Made by a program: the position numbers and the translations under genes. A DNA stretch of 64,000 nucleotides from Candidatus Thermosaccharophagus tengchongensis (GTDB lineage Bacteria; Armatimonadota; Fervidibacteria; Fervidibacterales; Thermosaccharophagaceae). The notes under the pieces are model-generated. The model was not told the origin of the DNA. It was given only the letters and a program-made list of their open reading frames with translations, and made no database searches. The stretch lies in NCBI GenBank assembly GCA_032161105.1, contig JAVHTD010000001.1. One strand, written 5' to 3'. The stretch's first letter is position 1. Each line of letters begins with the position of its first letter. Shown here piece after piece: positions 29,977-40,369 of this stretch.

Positions 29977-30986
29977 TGAGCATCGGCAACTCTGACCCGC
30001 TTTTGAAGATAGCTGCATGCGCGTTCATTCCGGCGGTGGCAATATCGGCGTGCCTGTGCGCAATCTGGATCAGGGTTGCTAAGGTTCTCCCGTGGCGTAA
30101 GGATGTGAGGGAAGATGTCCCGGAGAGGCATCGTGCGAAAGTCGGCACACCTACGATGGGCGGCTTGGCATTCATTGCCTCATCGGCGCTGACATGCGCG
30201 CTCATCGCCATCATTGTGAGGGGATATGATGCGCCTCAATCGGATGCCTTGCTGCTCCTCGCAGGCACGCTAATTCTCTTTTCCACCCTCGGGGCTATTG
30301 ATGATGTTTGGAAGGGAATCAAAGGGCGCGGGATAAAGGCGCGCTATAAGCTGCTCTGGCAAATGGCTTGCGGGCTGTTTGTCACCCTCATCCTGAGACA
30401 TGAGTTTGGCTTGCCGACAACCATCGGAGTAAATGAACTTGGTGTGGCGTATCTTCCCGTTGGAGCACTTCTCATCACGGCAAGCAGCAATGCTGTGAAC
30501 TTGACCGATGGGCTTGATGGGTTGGTGTGCGGTATGAGCATCGTTTCGCTTTTAACGCTGGCTGCCGTGCCGGTCATCCTCAAGGGTGCATCACCGTATG
30601 CCGTTGCTGCGGCAGGCGCATGCATTGTGCTTGCTGGGGCATTGATTGGCTTCTTGCCGTTCAACATTCACCCAGCCAAAGTGTTCATGGGTGATACCGG
30701 CTCGCTCCCACTTGGGGCGTTCATGTGCGCTGCAGCGATGCTCATGAAGGTTGAGCTGCTTTGGCTGCTCATCGGTTTGGTATTCTTCATTGAGATGCTC
30801 ACCGTCGTTATTCAGGTCGTTAGCTACAAGACCACAAGGAAGCGCGTCTTTCCGATCACTCCCATACACCATTCGTTTGAGCAAATTGGTTGGTCTGAGT
30901 GGCGCATCGTGCTCACCTTTTGGGCGTGCACTGCATTTTGTGCAATGTGCGCCATTTCAATTGCGGCACTTGCATGGCGAGTTTGA
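29976..30986 (+). CDS. mraY: Phospho-MurNAc-pentapeptide transferase
   Basis: GTPTMGG, NAVNLTDGLDGL, VFMGDTGS, PIHH. Confidence 0.96.
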   Translation: MSIGNSDPLLKIAACAFIPAVAISACLCAIWIRVAKVLPWRKDVREDVPERHRAKVGTPTMGGLAFIASSALTCALIAIIVRGYDAPQSDALLLLAGTLILFSTLGAIDDVWKGIKGRGIKARYKLLWQMACGLFVTLILRHEFGLPTTIGVNELGVAYLPVGALLITASSNAVNLTDGLDGLVCGMSIVSLLTLAAVPVILKGASPYAVAAAGACIVLAGALIGFLPFNIHPAKVFMGDTGSLPLGAFMCAAAMLMKVELLWLLIGLVFFIEMLTVVIQVVSYKTTRKRVFPITPIHHSFEQIGWSEWRIVLTFWACTAFCAMCAISIAALAWRV

Positions 30987-32434
30987 TGGTGGTGGCTTCA
31001 ATGGGTTTAAGGCTGGCGGGGGAAAAGTTGCCCAATCTTCCCGGCAATTTTGATGAGTTCAAGGGGATGAGAGTTGGAGTTATAGGGCTTGGTGAGACTG
31101 GATGCGCGCTTTCCGAAAAGCTGCTCAGCTGGGGTGCCGAGGTTATCGCCGTTGACTCTAAGCCGATTGATAAGCTCAAGGCTCGTGAAAGGCTCGAGAG
31201 GCTCATTGAGCTGGGGTTGAAGGTAATCGGTGGAAATGACGAAGCCGAAGAGCTGCTCGGATGCCAATTGGTCATACTCAGCCCGAGCGTGCGTCCAGAC
31301 AAGCCATTCGTGCAAAAGCTCCGCGAGAGGGGAATACGGGTGACTGGCGAGATTGAGCTTGCATACGCGATGTGCAAAGGACGAGTGGTGGCTGTAACCG
31401 GCACGAACGGCAAGACAACCACGGCGACAATCACGCATCATTTGCTTGTCTCAAACGGCGTAAGGGCATTCCTCGTTGGTAATATCGGGACGCCGGCAAT
31501 AAGCTATGTTGATGTTGCCGATGAGTCATGTTGGCTCGTTATGGAAGTGAGCAGCTTCCAGCTGATGACATGCGAGGCTTTCCGACCGGACATAGGCATC
31601 ATCACAAACATAGCTGTTGATCACCTTGATTGGCATAGGGATGTGGGCGAATACATTTCAGCAAAGGCGAAGTTGCTCAGGGGGCAAAGCGATGATGACT
31701 TTGCGGTATTGAATGCCGACGATGAAGGCGTGCGCAGGGTGATGCATGTCGGTGCCGCCAAGCGAATCCTCTTTGGGCTGAGCAGCGATGCGGCTCATGT
31801 TAGGTTGGTTAACGGCAAGGTTGTGGCTGACATACCGGAGTTGGGGGTTGGCAGCGTGACATTGTGTGAGCGTGATGAGATACGGGTTTTGGGGGAGCAC
31901 AATGTCCTCAATGTTATGGCTGCGTCAGCTGCGGCGTTGCTATGCGGTGCGCCGCCTGATGGCGTGAGGAAGGCAGTTGCATCATTCACCGGCGTTCCGC
32001 ACAGGCTTGAATTTGTTGCGGAGGTTGGCGGAGTTAGGTTCATCAACGACTCAGCTGCGACGACGCCCCATGCGGCGCTGCACGCCATCCGCTCAATCAA
32101 TTCACCCATTGTGTGGATAGCCGGCGGAAGGAATAAAGGGCTTGACCTCGGCGTCCTCTCCGACGCCGTGAAGGAAAAGGTCAAAGCCGCCATTTTGATT
32201 GGCTCCGCAGCAAGTGAGCTGTCCGAATTTTTAAGCCGTCTCAATGTGCGCTTTATGCTTGCCGACAGCTTGGAAGATGCTGTTTCACTTTCACTCAGCA
32301 TGGCGTCACCCGGTGATGTTGTGCTGCTCTCCCCGGCATGCACCAGCTTGGACATGTTTGAAAACTACGCTGAGCGTGGCGAGGAGTTCAGGAGGGCGGT
32401 CAGAAAGTTATGTGGGGTGGTGAGGGATGGGTGA
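30986..32434 (+). CDS. murD: UDP-MurNAc-L-Ala--D-Glu ligase
   Basis: TGTNGKTT, GNIG, EVSSFQL, DHLDWH, HRLE, LLSPAC.S.D; ATG overlaps mraY stop. Confidence 0.96.
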   Translation: MVVASMGLRLAGEKLPNLPGNFDEFKGMRVGVIGLGETGCALSEKLLSWGAEVIAVDSKPIDKLKARERLERLIELGLKVIGGNDEAEELLGCQLVILSPSVRPDKPFVQKLRERGIRVTGEIELAYAMCKGRVVAVTGTNGKTTTATITHHLLVSNGVRAFLVGNIGTPAISYVDVADESCWLVMEVSSFQLMTCEAFRPDIGIITNIAVDHLDWHRDVGEYISAKAKLLRGQSDDDFAVLNADDEGVRRVMHVGAAKRILFGLSSDAAHVRLVNGKVVADIPELGVGSVTLCERDEIRVLGEHNVLNVMAASAAALLCGAPPDGVRKAVASFTGVPHRLEFVAEVGGVRFINDSAATTPHAALHAIRSINSPIVWIAGGRNKGLDLGVLSDAVKEKVKAAILIGSAASELSEFLSRLNVRFMLADSLEDAVSLSLSMASPGDVVLLSPACTSLDMFENYAERGEEFRRAVRKLCGVVRDG

Positions 32435-33773
32435 AGCCGTTGCGAGGGCATGGATGAATGGCTTCTCCGAGGGTGTGCCGAAAGGTGATGCAATCAAACG
32501 GCGCAAGCAGAGCGCTGCTTGGGGCTCATTTGACAATGCCATGCTTGTCCTATCGTTGGTGGCAGTGGCATTTGGGCTCCTCGCAATTTACAGCGCAAGT
32601 TACCCCACTGCCATAGCGCAAAATCGCGTTGGCTACTTTTATGTCGTCAGGCAGGCTTGCTATGCGTTATTTGGCGGCGCCATTATGATCGCAGTCATGT
32701 TTTGTTCTCCGAGGGCATTGCGCAGGCTCTCATTTTGGTTTTTGGTGGTTTGCGCAGGGGCGCTCATACTCACGCTGTTTTTGGCGCATGGCGAGGTCAA
32801 GCGCTGGGTAAGGATTGGTCCTATAACGCTGCAGGCATCGGAGTGGGCTAAGGTGGCGCTCATCTTGTATGGCGCAGAATTCCTCTCAAGGAGGCGCCGG
32901 AGCCGTGACGAAAGCTTCGTCAGAGCAGCATTGCCTTTGCTTTCCGTGATTATGCTGTTTACCATCTTGGTTTGGGCACAGGCGCATCTGAGCGGAGCGC
33001 TGTTGGTTTTGATGTCGGGGGCGTTGGTCTGTTGGTTCGGCAACATGCGGCTTCGTCACCTCATTTACTGTGCAGCTATTGTTCTTTCAGTGATACTGCT
33101 CGCAGCCCCGCTGCTTGTCAGGCGATACCAATGGGAGCGCTTGATTGACCATATCAATTCACGCAAGGATATGCTTGGGAAGGACTATCAGAGGTTTCAC
33201 GCGCGTTCAGCATTCCTCAGGGGCGGCGTGTTTGGGTGCGGCTTTTGCAAGGGCGTGGAAAAACAACTTTACCTGCCGGCAGTGCTCACCGACTTCATCT
33301 TTTCGTCGATTGCCGAAGAGGGTGGGCTAATAGCCACATTGGCGATTGTCGTGTTCTATGGGTGGTTGGTGTGGTATGGGTTTAAGGTTGCAATGAGTTG
33401 CAGCAGCCGCTTTGGGATGGCTCTTTGTTCGTCCATCGTTACGCTCATTGCCATGCAGGCGGCATTGCACATAGCCATCAACATGGGCATACTGCCTACA
33501 ACTGGCATACCATTGCCGTTAATAAGTTACGGTGGCAATTCCCTTGTGACGACGCTGCTCGGGCTCGGGCTTCTGTTCAATATGTCCCTGCATAAGGATG
33601 TTCCCGATATGCCGCTGGAGGCGGTATCTCAGAATGCCGGGCACTCCAACAGTGGTCATGGCAGCGGGCGGAACAGGTGGACATATATATCCAGCTGTAG
33701 CAGTCGCAGAGGAAATAGGGCGACGGCTCGCGTGCGCAAGGGTAGTGTTCGTTGGCGCATCGCTGGGTCTTGA
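32427..33773 (+). CDS. ftsW: SEDS peptidoglycan polymerase FtsW
   Basis: KRW, QASEWAK, TDFIF, PTTGIPLPLISYGG. Confidence 0.93.
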   Translation: MGEAVARAWMNGFSEGVPKGDAIKRRKQSAAWGSFDNAMLVLSLVAVAFGLLAIYSASYPTAIAQNRVGYFYVVRQACYALFGGAIMIAVMFCSPRALRRLSFWFLVVCAGALILTLFLAHGEVKRWVRIGPITLQASEWAKVALILYGAEFLSRRRRSRDESFVRAALPLLSVIMLFTILVWAQAHLSGALLVLMSGALVCWFGNMRLRHLIYCAAIVLSVILLAAPLLVRRYQWERLIDHINSRKDMLGKDYQRFHARSAFLRGGVFGCGFCKGVEKQLYLPAVLTDFIFSSIAEEGGLIATLAIVVFYGWLVWYGFKVAMSCSSRFGMALCSSIVTLIAMQAALHIAINMGILPTTGIPLPLISYGGNSLVTTLLGLGLLFNMSLHKDVPDMPLEAVSQNAGHSNSGHGSGRNRWTYISSCSSRRGNRATARVRKGSVRWRIAGS

Positions 33774-34752
33774 GAGGGATTTGGTGACGAAGTTCGGATA
33801 TGAGTTGCACCTGCTATCGGTGCGCCCTTTCCCGAGGACTCTTTTCAACCCGGCATGCGCTGTTGCGGCTATCGCGGCGTTGGCTTCGTCCTTGAGGGCG
33901 GTGAAATTGCTCAAGTGGCTCAAGCCGGCTTGTGTGTTGAGCATCGGTGGATATGCAAGCGTTCCCGTTGTGTGGGCGGCGCACATGCTCAGGATCCCAA
34001 TCGTTATACTTGAACCAAACAGCATTCCCGGAAGGGCGAACAGGAGGTTCGCCAAATGGGCAGATGCGATATGCATCGCCTTCAAGAGCGCCAGCCGTTT
34101 CTTCAGGCAAGCGGTGATTCATACCGGCATGCCGGTGCGGCGACAGTTCAAACTGCTAACGAGGACTGAAGCGCGAGCTCGCCTTGGCATAGGCAATGAT
34201 GCCTTCATGCTGCTTGTCTTTGGTGGGAGCAGGGGGGCGAGAAGGTTGAACATATCGCTGTGGGAGACGCTTGAGAGCTTGCTTGCGGATGAGCCCAAAC
34301 TCATCATCCATCACATCTGCGGAGCGCACAGCTGTGATGAGGCATCGGCTGTCGTTTCAAATCTGCCGGATGAGTATAGGCGGCGTTATTTCGTGCATCC
34401 ATATTGCGATGACATGCCGACGCTCATACGCGCAAGTGACCTTGCAATATCAAGGGCTGGCTCGGGCTCAATAGCTGAGTTACTCATCGCCGGTGTGCCG
34501 AGCATACTTGTGCCCTATCCATACGCCGTAGACAATCATCAGCTTTACAATGCGCTTGAGGTTGCTGGAGCGGGCGCCGCGATCGTCATTCCCGATGGGG
34601 AGCTTGATGGGAGGCTGCTTTATCAACTCGTGAGGCAGCTTATCGGGTGCGAGAACTTGCTCAGGGGGATGCGAGAGGCTGCGCTCTCAATTGCGATGCC
34701 GAATGCGACTGAAATGGTGACCGACATCACATTGGGCGTTTCTCGGCTTTAG
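33634..34752 (+). CDS. murG: Lipid II GlcNAc transferase
   Basis: GGTGGHIYP, GGYAS, GGSRGA, SRAG, HQ..NA. Confidence 0.96.
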   Translation: MPGTPTVVMAAGGTGGHIYPAVAVAEEIGRRLACARVVFVGASLGLERDLVTKFGYELHLLSVRPFPRTLFNPACAVAAIAALASSLRAVKLLKWLKPACVLSIGGYASVPVVWAAHMLRIPIVILEPNSIPGRANRRFAKWADAICIAFKSASRFFRQAVIHTGMPVRRQFKLLTRTEARARLGIGNDAFMLLVFGGSRGARRLNISLWETLESLLADEPKLIIHHICGAHSCDEASAVVSNLPDEYRRRYFVHPYCDDMPTLIRASDLAISRAGSGSIAELLIAGVPSILVPYPYAVDNHQLYNALEVAGAGAAIVIPDGELDGRLLYQLVRQLIGCENLLRGMREAALSIAMPNATEMVTDITLGVSRL

Positions 34753-34769
34753 ACTCCGGGTGATTTGAA

Positions 34770-36149
34770 ATGAGCATTGCAGCATCGTCGTGGAAGCGAG
34801 TTCACTTTATCGGCATTGCTGGCGCCGGGATGAGCGCAGTAGCACAAGCGCTCGCCGAAGCCGGCTTCATTGTCACAGGTTGCGATGCTGACCCATCAGG
34901 GGCATCTGAAAAGCTATCAAGGCACGGGATAAAGGTTTACACGGGGCACGATGTGAGCCATTTGCAAGATGCCGATATTGTGGTTGTGAGCAGCGCCATA
35001 CGGAGCGACAATCACGAGCTTGCTGAAGCGAAGAGGCGTTCCATCCCGATATGGCACAGGGCAAAGATGCTCAGTTGGCTCATGGAGGGGAAAGAGGCGA
35101 TAGCAGTTGCTGGCAGCCATGGTAAGAGTTCGGTCACAGCGATGCTCGGTGCAATACTTGAAGCTGCCGGGTTTGACCCGACCGTCTTAATTGGGGCTGA
35201 CTTGGTTGCCCACGGGACGAATGCGCTCATCGGGAAAGGCAGGTGGCTCATCGCCGAAGCCGATGAATCAGATGGCTCGTTTCTCATGCTCAAGCCGAAG
35301 CACGCCATCGTCACGAATGTTGAGCTTGATCACGCAAATCACTATCCCGACATCGGGGCGCTTGTTGATGCCTTCACTGACTTCTTGAGGTTGGTATCGG
35401 ACGATGGTGTTATCGCGATATGCGCTGATTGTCCAAATGCAATGACGCTCTCACATGTGCTGACAAGGGGAGTCATCACATTTGGCATCAGCCAAGATGC
35501 CGACTACAGAATTGCGGATTTGCAAATCATTGACGGTGCCGCATCATTCTGGCTATGTCATCGCGGCAGCGTCATCACGCAGGTCAGGTTGGGCGTCTTG
35601 GGCGCATTTCAAGCGCACAATGCCCTCGCAGCGTCGGCGATGGCACATGCCATTGGCGTTGAGCCGGAAGCTATATCTCACGGGTTGGCTTCATTCAAGG
35701 GCATCAAGCGCAGGTTTGAGCTCATCGGGAAGATGCGCAACAGGGATGTGCTCATCATTGATGACTATGCGCATCATCCATCAGAGGTGCGCGCTGCAAT
35801 TCAATCTGCGCTTGCCATTCGCCACAAGCGTTGCTTGGTCATATTCCAACCACATCGTTACACGCGCACATACGCCCTGCACAGTGAGTTTGGTCCGGCG
35901 TTTGCCGGCGCCGATAAGGTCTGGGTGACGGAAATTTACAGCGCTTGGGAAGAGCCAATTGAGGGCGTCTCTGGGAGGCTCATTTACGAATCCGTGAAGG
36001 AAGCGCTCCCGCAGGTTGATGTTCAATTCGCTGATAGCTTTGATTCGCTCATTGAGCAAGTTGAGGCAGAAGCTGAGGATGGGGATATCCTGCTCGTGCT
36101 TGGTGCCGGCGACATTTACAAGGTGGCTTACAGGCTTTCAGGAATGTAA
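34770..36149 (+). CDS. murC: UDP-MurNAc--L-Ala ligase
   Basis: GIAGAGMS, GSHGKSS, EADESD, DDYAHHP, FQPHRYTR. Confidence 0.97.
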   Translation: MSIAASSWKRVHFIGIAGAGMSAVAQALAEAGFIVTGCDADPSGASEKLSRHGIKVYTGHDVSHLQDADIVVVSSAIRSDNHELAEAKRRSIPIWHRAKMLSWLMEGKEAIAVAGSHGKSSVTAMLGAILEAAGFDPTVLIGADLVAHGTNALIGKGRWLIAEADESDGSFLMLKPKHAIVTNVELDHANHYPDIGALVDAFTDFLRLVSDDGVIAICADCPNAMTLSHVLTRGVITFGISQDADYRIADLQIIDGAASFWLCHRGSVITQVRLGVLGAFQAHNALAASAMAHAIGVEPEAISHGLASFKGIKRRFELIGKMRNRDVLIIDDYAHHPSEVRAAIQSALAIRHKRCLVIFQPHRYTRTYALHSEFGPAFAGADKVWVTEIYSAWEEPIEGVSGRLIYESVKEALPQVDVQFADSFDSLIEQVEAEAEDGDILLVLGAGDIYKVAYRLSGM

Positions 36150-36246
36150 GCTACAATTGCAAATTGTGTTATGGGACTTCACCGTTCCTAACGGCGGGTG
36201 TTGGGTGGAGGACGCGCGCGAACGGTGTGGAAGTGAGGGATGAAGG

Positions 36247-37200
36247 ATGGCACAAACAATTGAAGGGCAGAAGGTAAAGTCAAGGAGCTTGCTCACCGAG
36301 GAAATGAAGGAGGGGCTCAGGAAGCTGCTGCGCGCCGAGCCTCTATTTGACGAACCCATGTCGTCGCACACAACGGTGAGGGTTGGCGGTCCAGCTGATG
36401 CCTTTGTGAGCGTATATAGCCTTGATGAGCTTCGCATGTTGCTCTCCTTCTTAAGGGAGCACCAACTGCCGCTGTTTGTTTTGGGTTGCGGAAGTAACAT
36501 CATCGTGCGGGATGGCGGCATCAGGGGTGTTGTCGTTCGCCTAAACGGTGAGTTCACCAAGATCAGTTTTAATGGGACTGTGGTTAGGGCTGGTGCCGGC
36601 GCGTTGCTCAGCCATCTTATTAACGCAGCTGCGGATATGGGATTGAGCGGGCTTGAACCAGCTGTTGGTGTGCCGGGGACGGTCGGCGGTGCGGTCATAT
36701 CCAATGCCGGCACGGCAACTGAGTATATCGGTGAGAGGGTGCTCTCTGTGAGTGTGCTCGCAGAAGATGGGACTCAATTTGAGGTTGATAGGGAAGCGCT
36801 CTCATTCGGTTACCGGCATAGCAATGTGCTTGACTTCGGGAAGCTTGTAATTGCGGCGGTGCTTGAGCTTGAGCGTTCCTCACCAGAGCGGGCGAGGGAA
36901 AAGATTGAAAGGTTAGTTGAGCACAGGCGCAGGACGCAACCAATAACCATACCGAGCGCCGGATGTGTTTTCAAGAATCCGCCGAATGAACGCGCCGGAA
37001 GGTTGATTGATATGGCTGGGCTGAAGGGCTTCAAGCTTGGCAGGGCACAGGTTTCGGAAATGCATGCCAACTTCATCGTTAACCTCGGCGGCGCAACGGC
37101 GAGGGAAGTGATAGAGCTGACCGAGTTTGTCCGAAGAGCAGTTTATGAGAAGTTTGGGGTGCTGCTTGAATACGAGGTTCAGATAGTCGGGGAGGAATAG
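36247..37200 (+). CDS. murB: UDP-N-acetylenolpyruvoylglucosamine reductase
   Basis: VGGPA, GSN, PGTVGGA, SAGCVFKNP, HANFIVN. Confidence 0.96.
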   Translation: MAQTIEGQKVKSRSLLTEEMKEGLRKLLRAEPLFDEPMSSHTTVRVGGPADAFVSVYSLDELRMLLSFLREHQLPLFVLGCGSNIIVRDGGIRGVVVRLNGEFTKISFNGTVVRAGAGALLSHLINAAADMGLSGLEPAVGVPGTVGGAVISNAGTATEYIGERVLSVSVLAEDGTQFEVDREALSFGYRHSNVLDFGKLVIAAVLELERSSPERAREKIERLVEHRRRTQPITIPSAGCVFKNPPNERAGRLIDMAGLKGFKLGRAQVSEMHANFIVNLGGATAREVIELTEFVRRAVYEKFGVLLEYEVQIVGEE

Positions 37201-37249
37201 CGGTTGGCGGTTAGCATTCATTCCATTGGCGCAACGGAGATGGAGGCGT

Positions 37250-38353
37250 ATGAAGAAGGGCATAAAGGTGTGCGTCCTCATGGGTGGCGATTCCTCAGAG
37301 AGGGAGGTTTCGTTGCGCTCCGGGAGGGGCGTGGCAAAGGCACTGACTGAAGCCGGCTATGATGTGCTTGCAATTGATGTATCATGGCGGTGGGAGAAAG
37401 CTTTGGGCAGGCGCATCGGATGGGAGCAGTTCAATCCGTCTGGATGGAAGGATTCATTGGGCGCTCTCGGCGTGAAGTTTGATGTGTGCACGCCAAAGGA
37501 GCTCGGTGAGAAGCTCTCCGGCTTTGGTGCCGATGTGGCATTTGTAGCGCTGCACGGCGGCTACGGTGAGGATGGCACAATACAAGCCTACCTTGAGCTC
37601 ATAGGGATGCCACACACATCTCCACCATCAAAAGCGTGCATGATAGCGATGGACAAGCGCTTGACGAAGCAGCTGCTCGTTTCGGCTGGCTTGCCAACGG
37701 CGGAGCATTTCTCCCTGAGCAAAGATGAGTTTGAGATGGTCGGAGTGGATGAGGTGAGCAGGCGCATAGAGGCATCGTTTGGCTTTCCATGCGCTGTAAA
37801 GCCGGCCTGCGAAGGTTCAACAATCGGCGTTTCAAAGGTAACCTCAAGCGATGAGCTTGAAAGCGCTTTGAGGGAGGCATTCCGCTATGGGCAATGGTCA
37901 ATCATTGAGCGATGGATAAATGGCACAGAAGTAACCTGTGCCGTGTTGGGCGAAGGCAGTGAGGCATTTGCGCTCCCGCTGATTGAGATTGTCCCAAAGG
38001 CGCCATCCGGGTTCTATGACTACAGCGCTAAATACACCGTTGGGATGTCGGACCACATAATCCCGCCGCGCCTTCCTGAGAGTGTGCAGGCTAAGGTCAG
38101 CACGCTTGCGTTGAGCGTTCACAGGCTGCTTGGCTGCAGCGGGTTCACGCGCACGGACATGATCGTGGATGTGGATGGCAATGCGTTCGTTTTGGAATTG
38201 AACGCTGTCCCCGGAATGACGGAGACGAGTCTTGTGCCGGATGCTGCTAAAGCTTATGGTTGGTCATTCACGCAGCTTGTTGATTGGATTGTGCGTGATG
38301 CCTTGCGCCGTTGGCGCACGGCTTGCAAGCGTGATTTTCAAATCTCACCTTAG
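37250..38353 (+). CDS. ddl: D-alanine--D-alanine ligase
   Basis: GG.SSEREVS, LHGGYGEDG, YDYSAKY, ELNAVPG. Confidence 0.96.
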   Translation: MKKGIKVCVLMGGDSSEREVSLRSGRGVAKALTEAGYDVLAIDVSWRWEKALGRRIGWEQFNPSGWKDSLGALGVKFDVCTPKELGEKLSGFGADVAFVALHGGYGEDGTIQAYLELIGMPHTSPPSKACMIAMDKRLTKQLLVSAGLPTAEHFSLSKDEFEMVGVDEVSRRIEASFGFPCAVKPACEGSTIGVSKVTSSDELESALREAFRYGQWSIIERWINGTEVTCAVLGEGSEAFALPLIEIVPKAPSGFYDYSAKYTVGMSDHIIPPRLPESVQAKVSTLALSVHRLLGCSGFTRTDMIVDVDGNAFVLELNAVPGMTETSLVPDAAKAYGWSFTQLVDWIVRDALRRWRTACKRDFQISP

Positions 38354-38368
38354 CCCTTCCCCACCGTC

Positions 38369-39067
38369 ATGCGGCTCATCATCACGGGCGCACTGGCTGT
38401 GCTGTTAGCCTGCATTATCCTCGCCTCAAACTTGCGAGTTCGCAAGGTCATATTTGAGGGCGCAGAACTCTCATCGCAGGATGCATTGATCAAGTGCAGG
38501 TCATCCCTCCTCGGGCAACGCATCTTAACTTTGCGCCGAGATGTTTCAAAGTTCTTCTGCGAAGAGCCGTTTGTGGCAGGGGCGAATGCTCGCATAGTTT
38601 TGCCCTATACTGTAGTAGTGGTGCTAAGGGGGCGCAAGCCAATCGGGTTGATAAAAACTGGTGGTGGGCTGCATGTGGTTTTTGATAACGGCTCAATTTA
38701 CTGGCGTGTGGAGAGCGCCGAGATAAAAGATGTGAGTGAGCTGCCCGTGTTCATTTCGGATGAATTTGAAAGATTGCGCGCTGGTGAGCGCCTGTCGGAT
38801 GAGGATTTGAAGCGGCTAAAGCGCCTCCTGTCGTTGTTCTCATCGGTTGGGTTTAGCGGTGTTCGGCAGGTTGAGTTTGGCAGTGCGAGGGAGATCAAAT
38901 TGCGAATGAGGGATGGCAGCATAATTGAACTTGGCAGCGAGGTCGGTTTGAGGGAGCGTTTCGCATTGGCTGCCGCCGTATATGCGGAGTTGAAAAGAAA
39001 GCATGGAAGGCCGGTGGCGATTGATGCCCGTTCCATAAAGGGGTGCACATATCGCCTGCTTGAGTAG
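38369..39067 (+). CDS. ftsQ: FtsQ/DivIB-like protein
   Basis: N-terminal TM, POTRA-like segment (LP.TV.V...RKP), C-terminal IDAR; position after ddl. Confidence 0.7.
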   Translation: MRLIITGALAVLLACIILASNLRVRKVIFEGAELSSQDALIKCRSSLLGQRILTLRRDVSKFFCEEPFVAGANARIVLPYTVVVVLRGRKPIGLIKTGGGLHVVFDNGSIYWRVESAEIKDVSELPVFISDEFERLRAGERLSDEDLKRLKRLLSLFSSVGFSGVRQVEFGSAREIKLRMRDGSIIELGSEVGLRERFALAAAVYAELKRKHGRPVAIDARSIKGCTYRLLE

Positions 39068-39146
39068 CTGCTCTTGGTTGTAAGCGGTGGTGCAGCAGCT
39101 TTGTGCGAGATGAGTGCAATGCCCAATCAAGGTGGGAGGTTGTGGC

Positions 39147-39926
39147 ATGAAGTTGGCACATGTGTTGAAAGCCATCGTCCCAAAAGAGGTGGATGTCGGC
39201 TGGCTTACCAGCCTTGCAGTTGCATCCCTTCTCCTCGGCTTCCTGATTGCCCATCAGGTGAGGGCGACAAGGGAAGGCATTGAACCTATGCCAATACATC
39301 AGCGCGCAAATTGGCTTGCGCAAAGGCTTGTTGAAGCTCAGGAGGAAATAAAGGCGCTTCAAAAGGAGGTTGATAGCCTGCGGTCGCAACTCACGGAGTA
39401 TGAGCGCAAGGCGAGCGAGGGCAAATCGGTCCTTGATGCGATGCGCAAGAACCTGATCAAAGCGATGTTGCTCGCCGGGTTGACGCCAGTCAAAGGTCCG
39501 GGTGTCATCGTTGAATTAAACGATTCAAAAGCTCCGATGGCACCCGGAGCGTATGTGCATGATTTGGATTTGCGTGAAGTGGTGAACGAGCTCAAAGCCG
39601 CCGGAGCTGAAGCGATCGCCATAAACGGTGAGAGGCTCATTGTCACTTCCGAGATACGGTGTTCAGAGGCGTTCATCATGGTGAACGGGCACAGGGTTGC
39701 GCCACCATACCTCATCTATGCCGTTGGCGACCCTGACAACATGATCAAGGCGCTGACGATCCCTCAGGGCATAGTTGACAGGTTGAAGGTCATCGGGCTT
39801 CAGGTTAAAGTTGTCCCGAGGCGAGAAATAATAATACCGCCGATGCGCACTCCGCCGAAGTTCAAATTTGCGCGCCCAGTTGATGTCCCGGGTGAAGAGC
39901 TTTTGGGAGATGCAATGGCATGGTGA
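39147..39926 (+). CDS. DUF881 family protein
   Basis: AGLTPVKGPGV...VHD.DL..VVNEL.AAGAEAIAING.R. Confidence 0.92.
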   Translation: MKLAHVLKAIVPKEVDVGWLTSLAVASLLLGFLIAHQVRATREGIEPMPIHQRANWLAQRLVEAQEEIKALQKEVDSLRSQLTEYERKASEGKSVLDAMRKNLIKAMLLAGLTPVKGPGVIVELNDSKAPMAPGAYVHDLDLREVVNELKAAGAEAIAINGERLIVTSEIRCSEAFIMVNGHRVAPPYLIYAVGDPDNMIKALTIPQGIVDRLKVIGLQVKVVPRREIIIPPMRTPPKFKFARPVDVPGEELLGDAMAW

Positions 39927-40369
39927 GCTTATGGGTTGCTACGGTGGCTCTTATAATTGGGCTGCTGCTTGGGCTTTATATGGCGATGCCTTTAACGCCG
40001 CTGCTGACGAAGTTCTCAAACTATGTTGGGTTGGCTGTGCTTGCCGGATTTGATGCCATCGTTGGCGGCGTGAGGGCAGCTCTGCAGGGCAACTTTGATG
40101 AGGGCATTTTCCTTTCCGGTTTCTTCGTCAACATGCTCATGGCGTCACTCCTCACATATGTTGGTAACCAAGTGCTCGGCGTTGACCTCTCAGTGGCAGT
40201 TGTGGTGGCGTTCGGGCTGCGCATATTCAACAACCTCGCCGTGATAAGGCGAATATTGCTTGATAGGCTTATGAGGTGGATTGAGGAAAGGAAGGTTGCT
40301 TCAAGGGTTTCGCGTGGCAGTGAGGAGACAGCCTCTGAGCGCAGCGCCACAAGTGTCAAAGTCCAATGA
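39920..40369 (+). CDS. sbp: Small basic protein (DUF1290)
   Basis: Y..LAVLAGFDAIVGG.RA...FD...F.SGFF.N...G.RIFNN. Confidence 0.9.
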   Translation: MVSLWVATVALIIGLLLGLYMAMPLTPLLTKFSNYVGLAVLAGFDAIVGGVRAALQGNFDEGIFLSGFFVNMLMASLLTYVGNQVLGVDLSVAVVVAFGLRIFNNLAVIRRILLDRLMRWIEERKVASRVSRGSEETASERSATSVKVQ

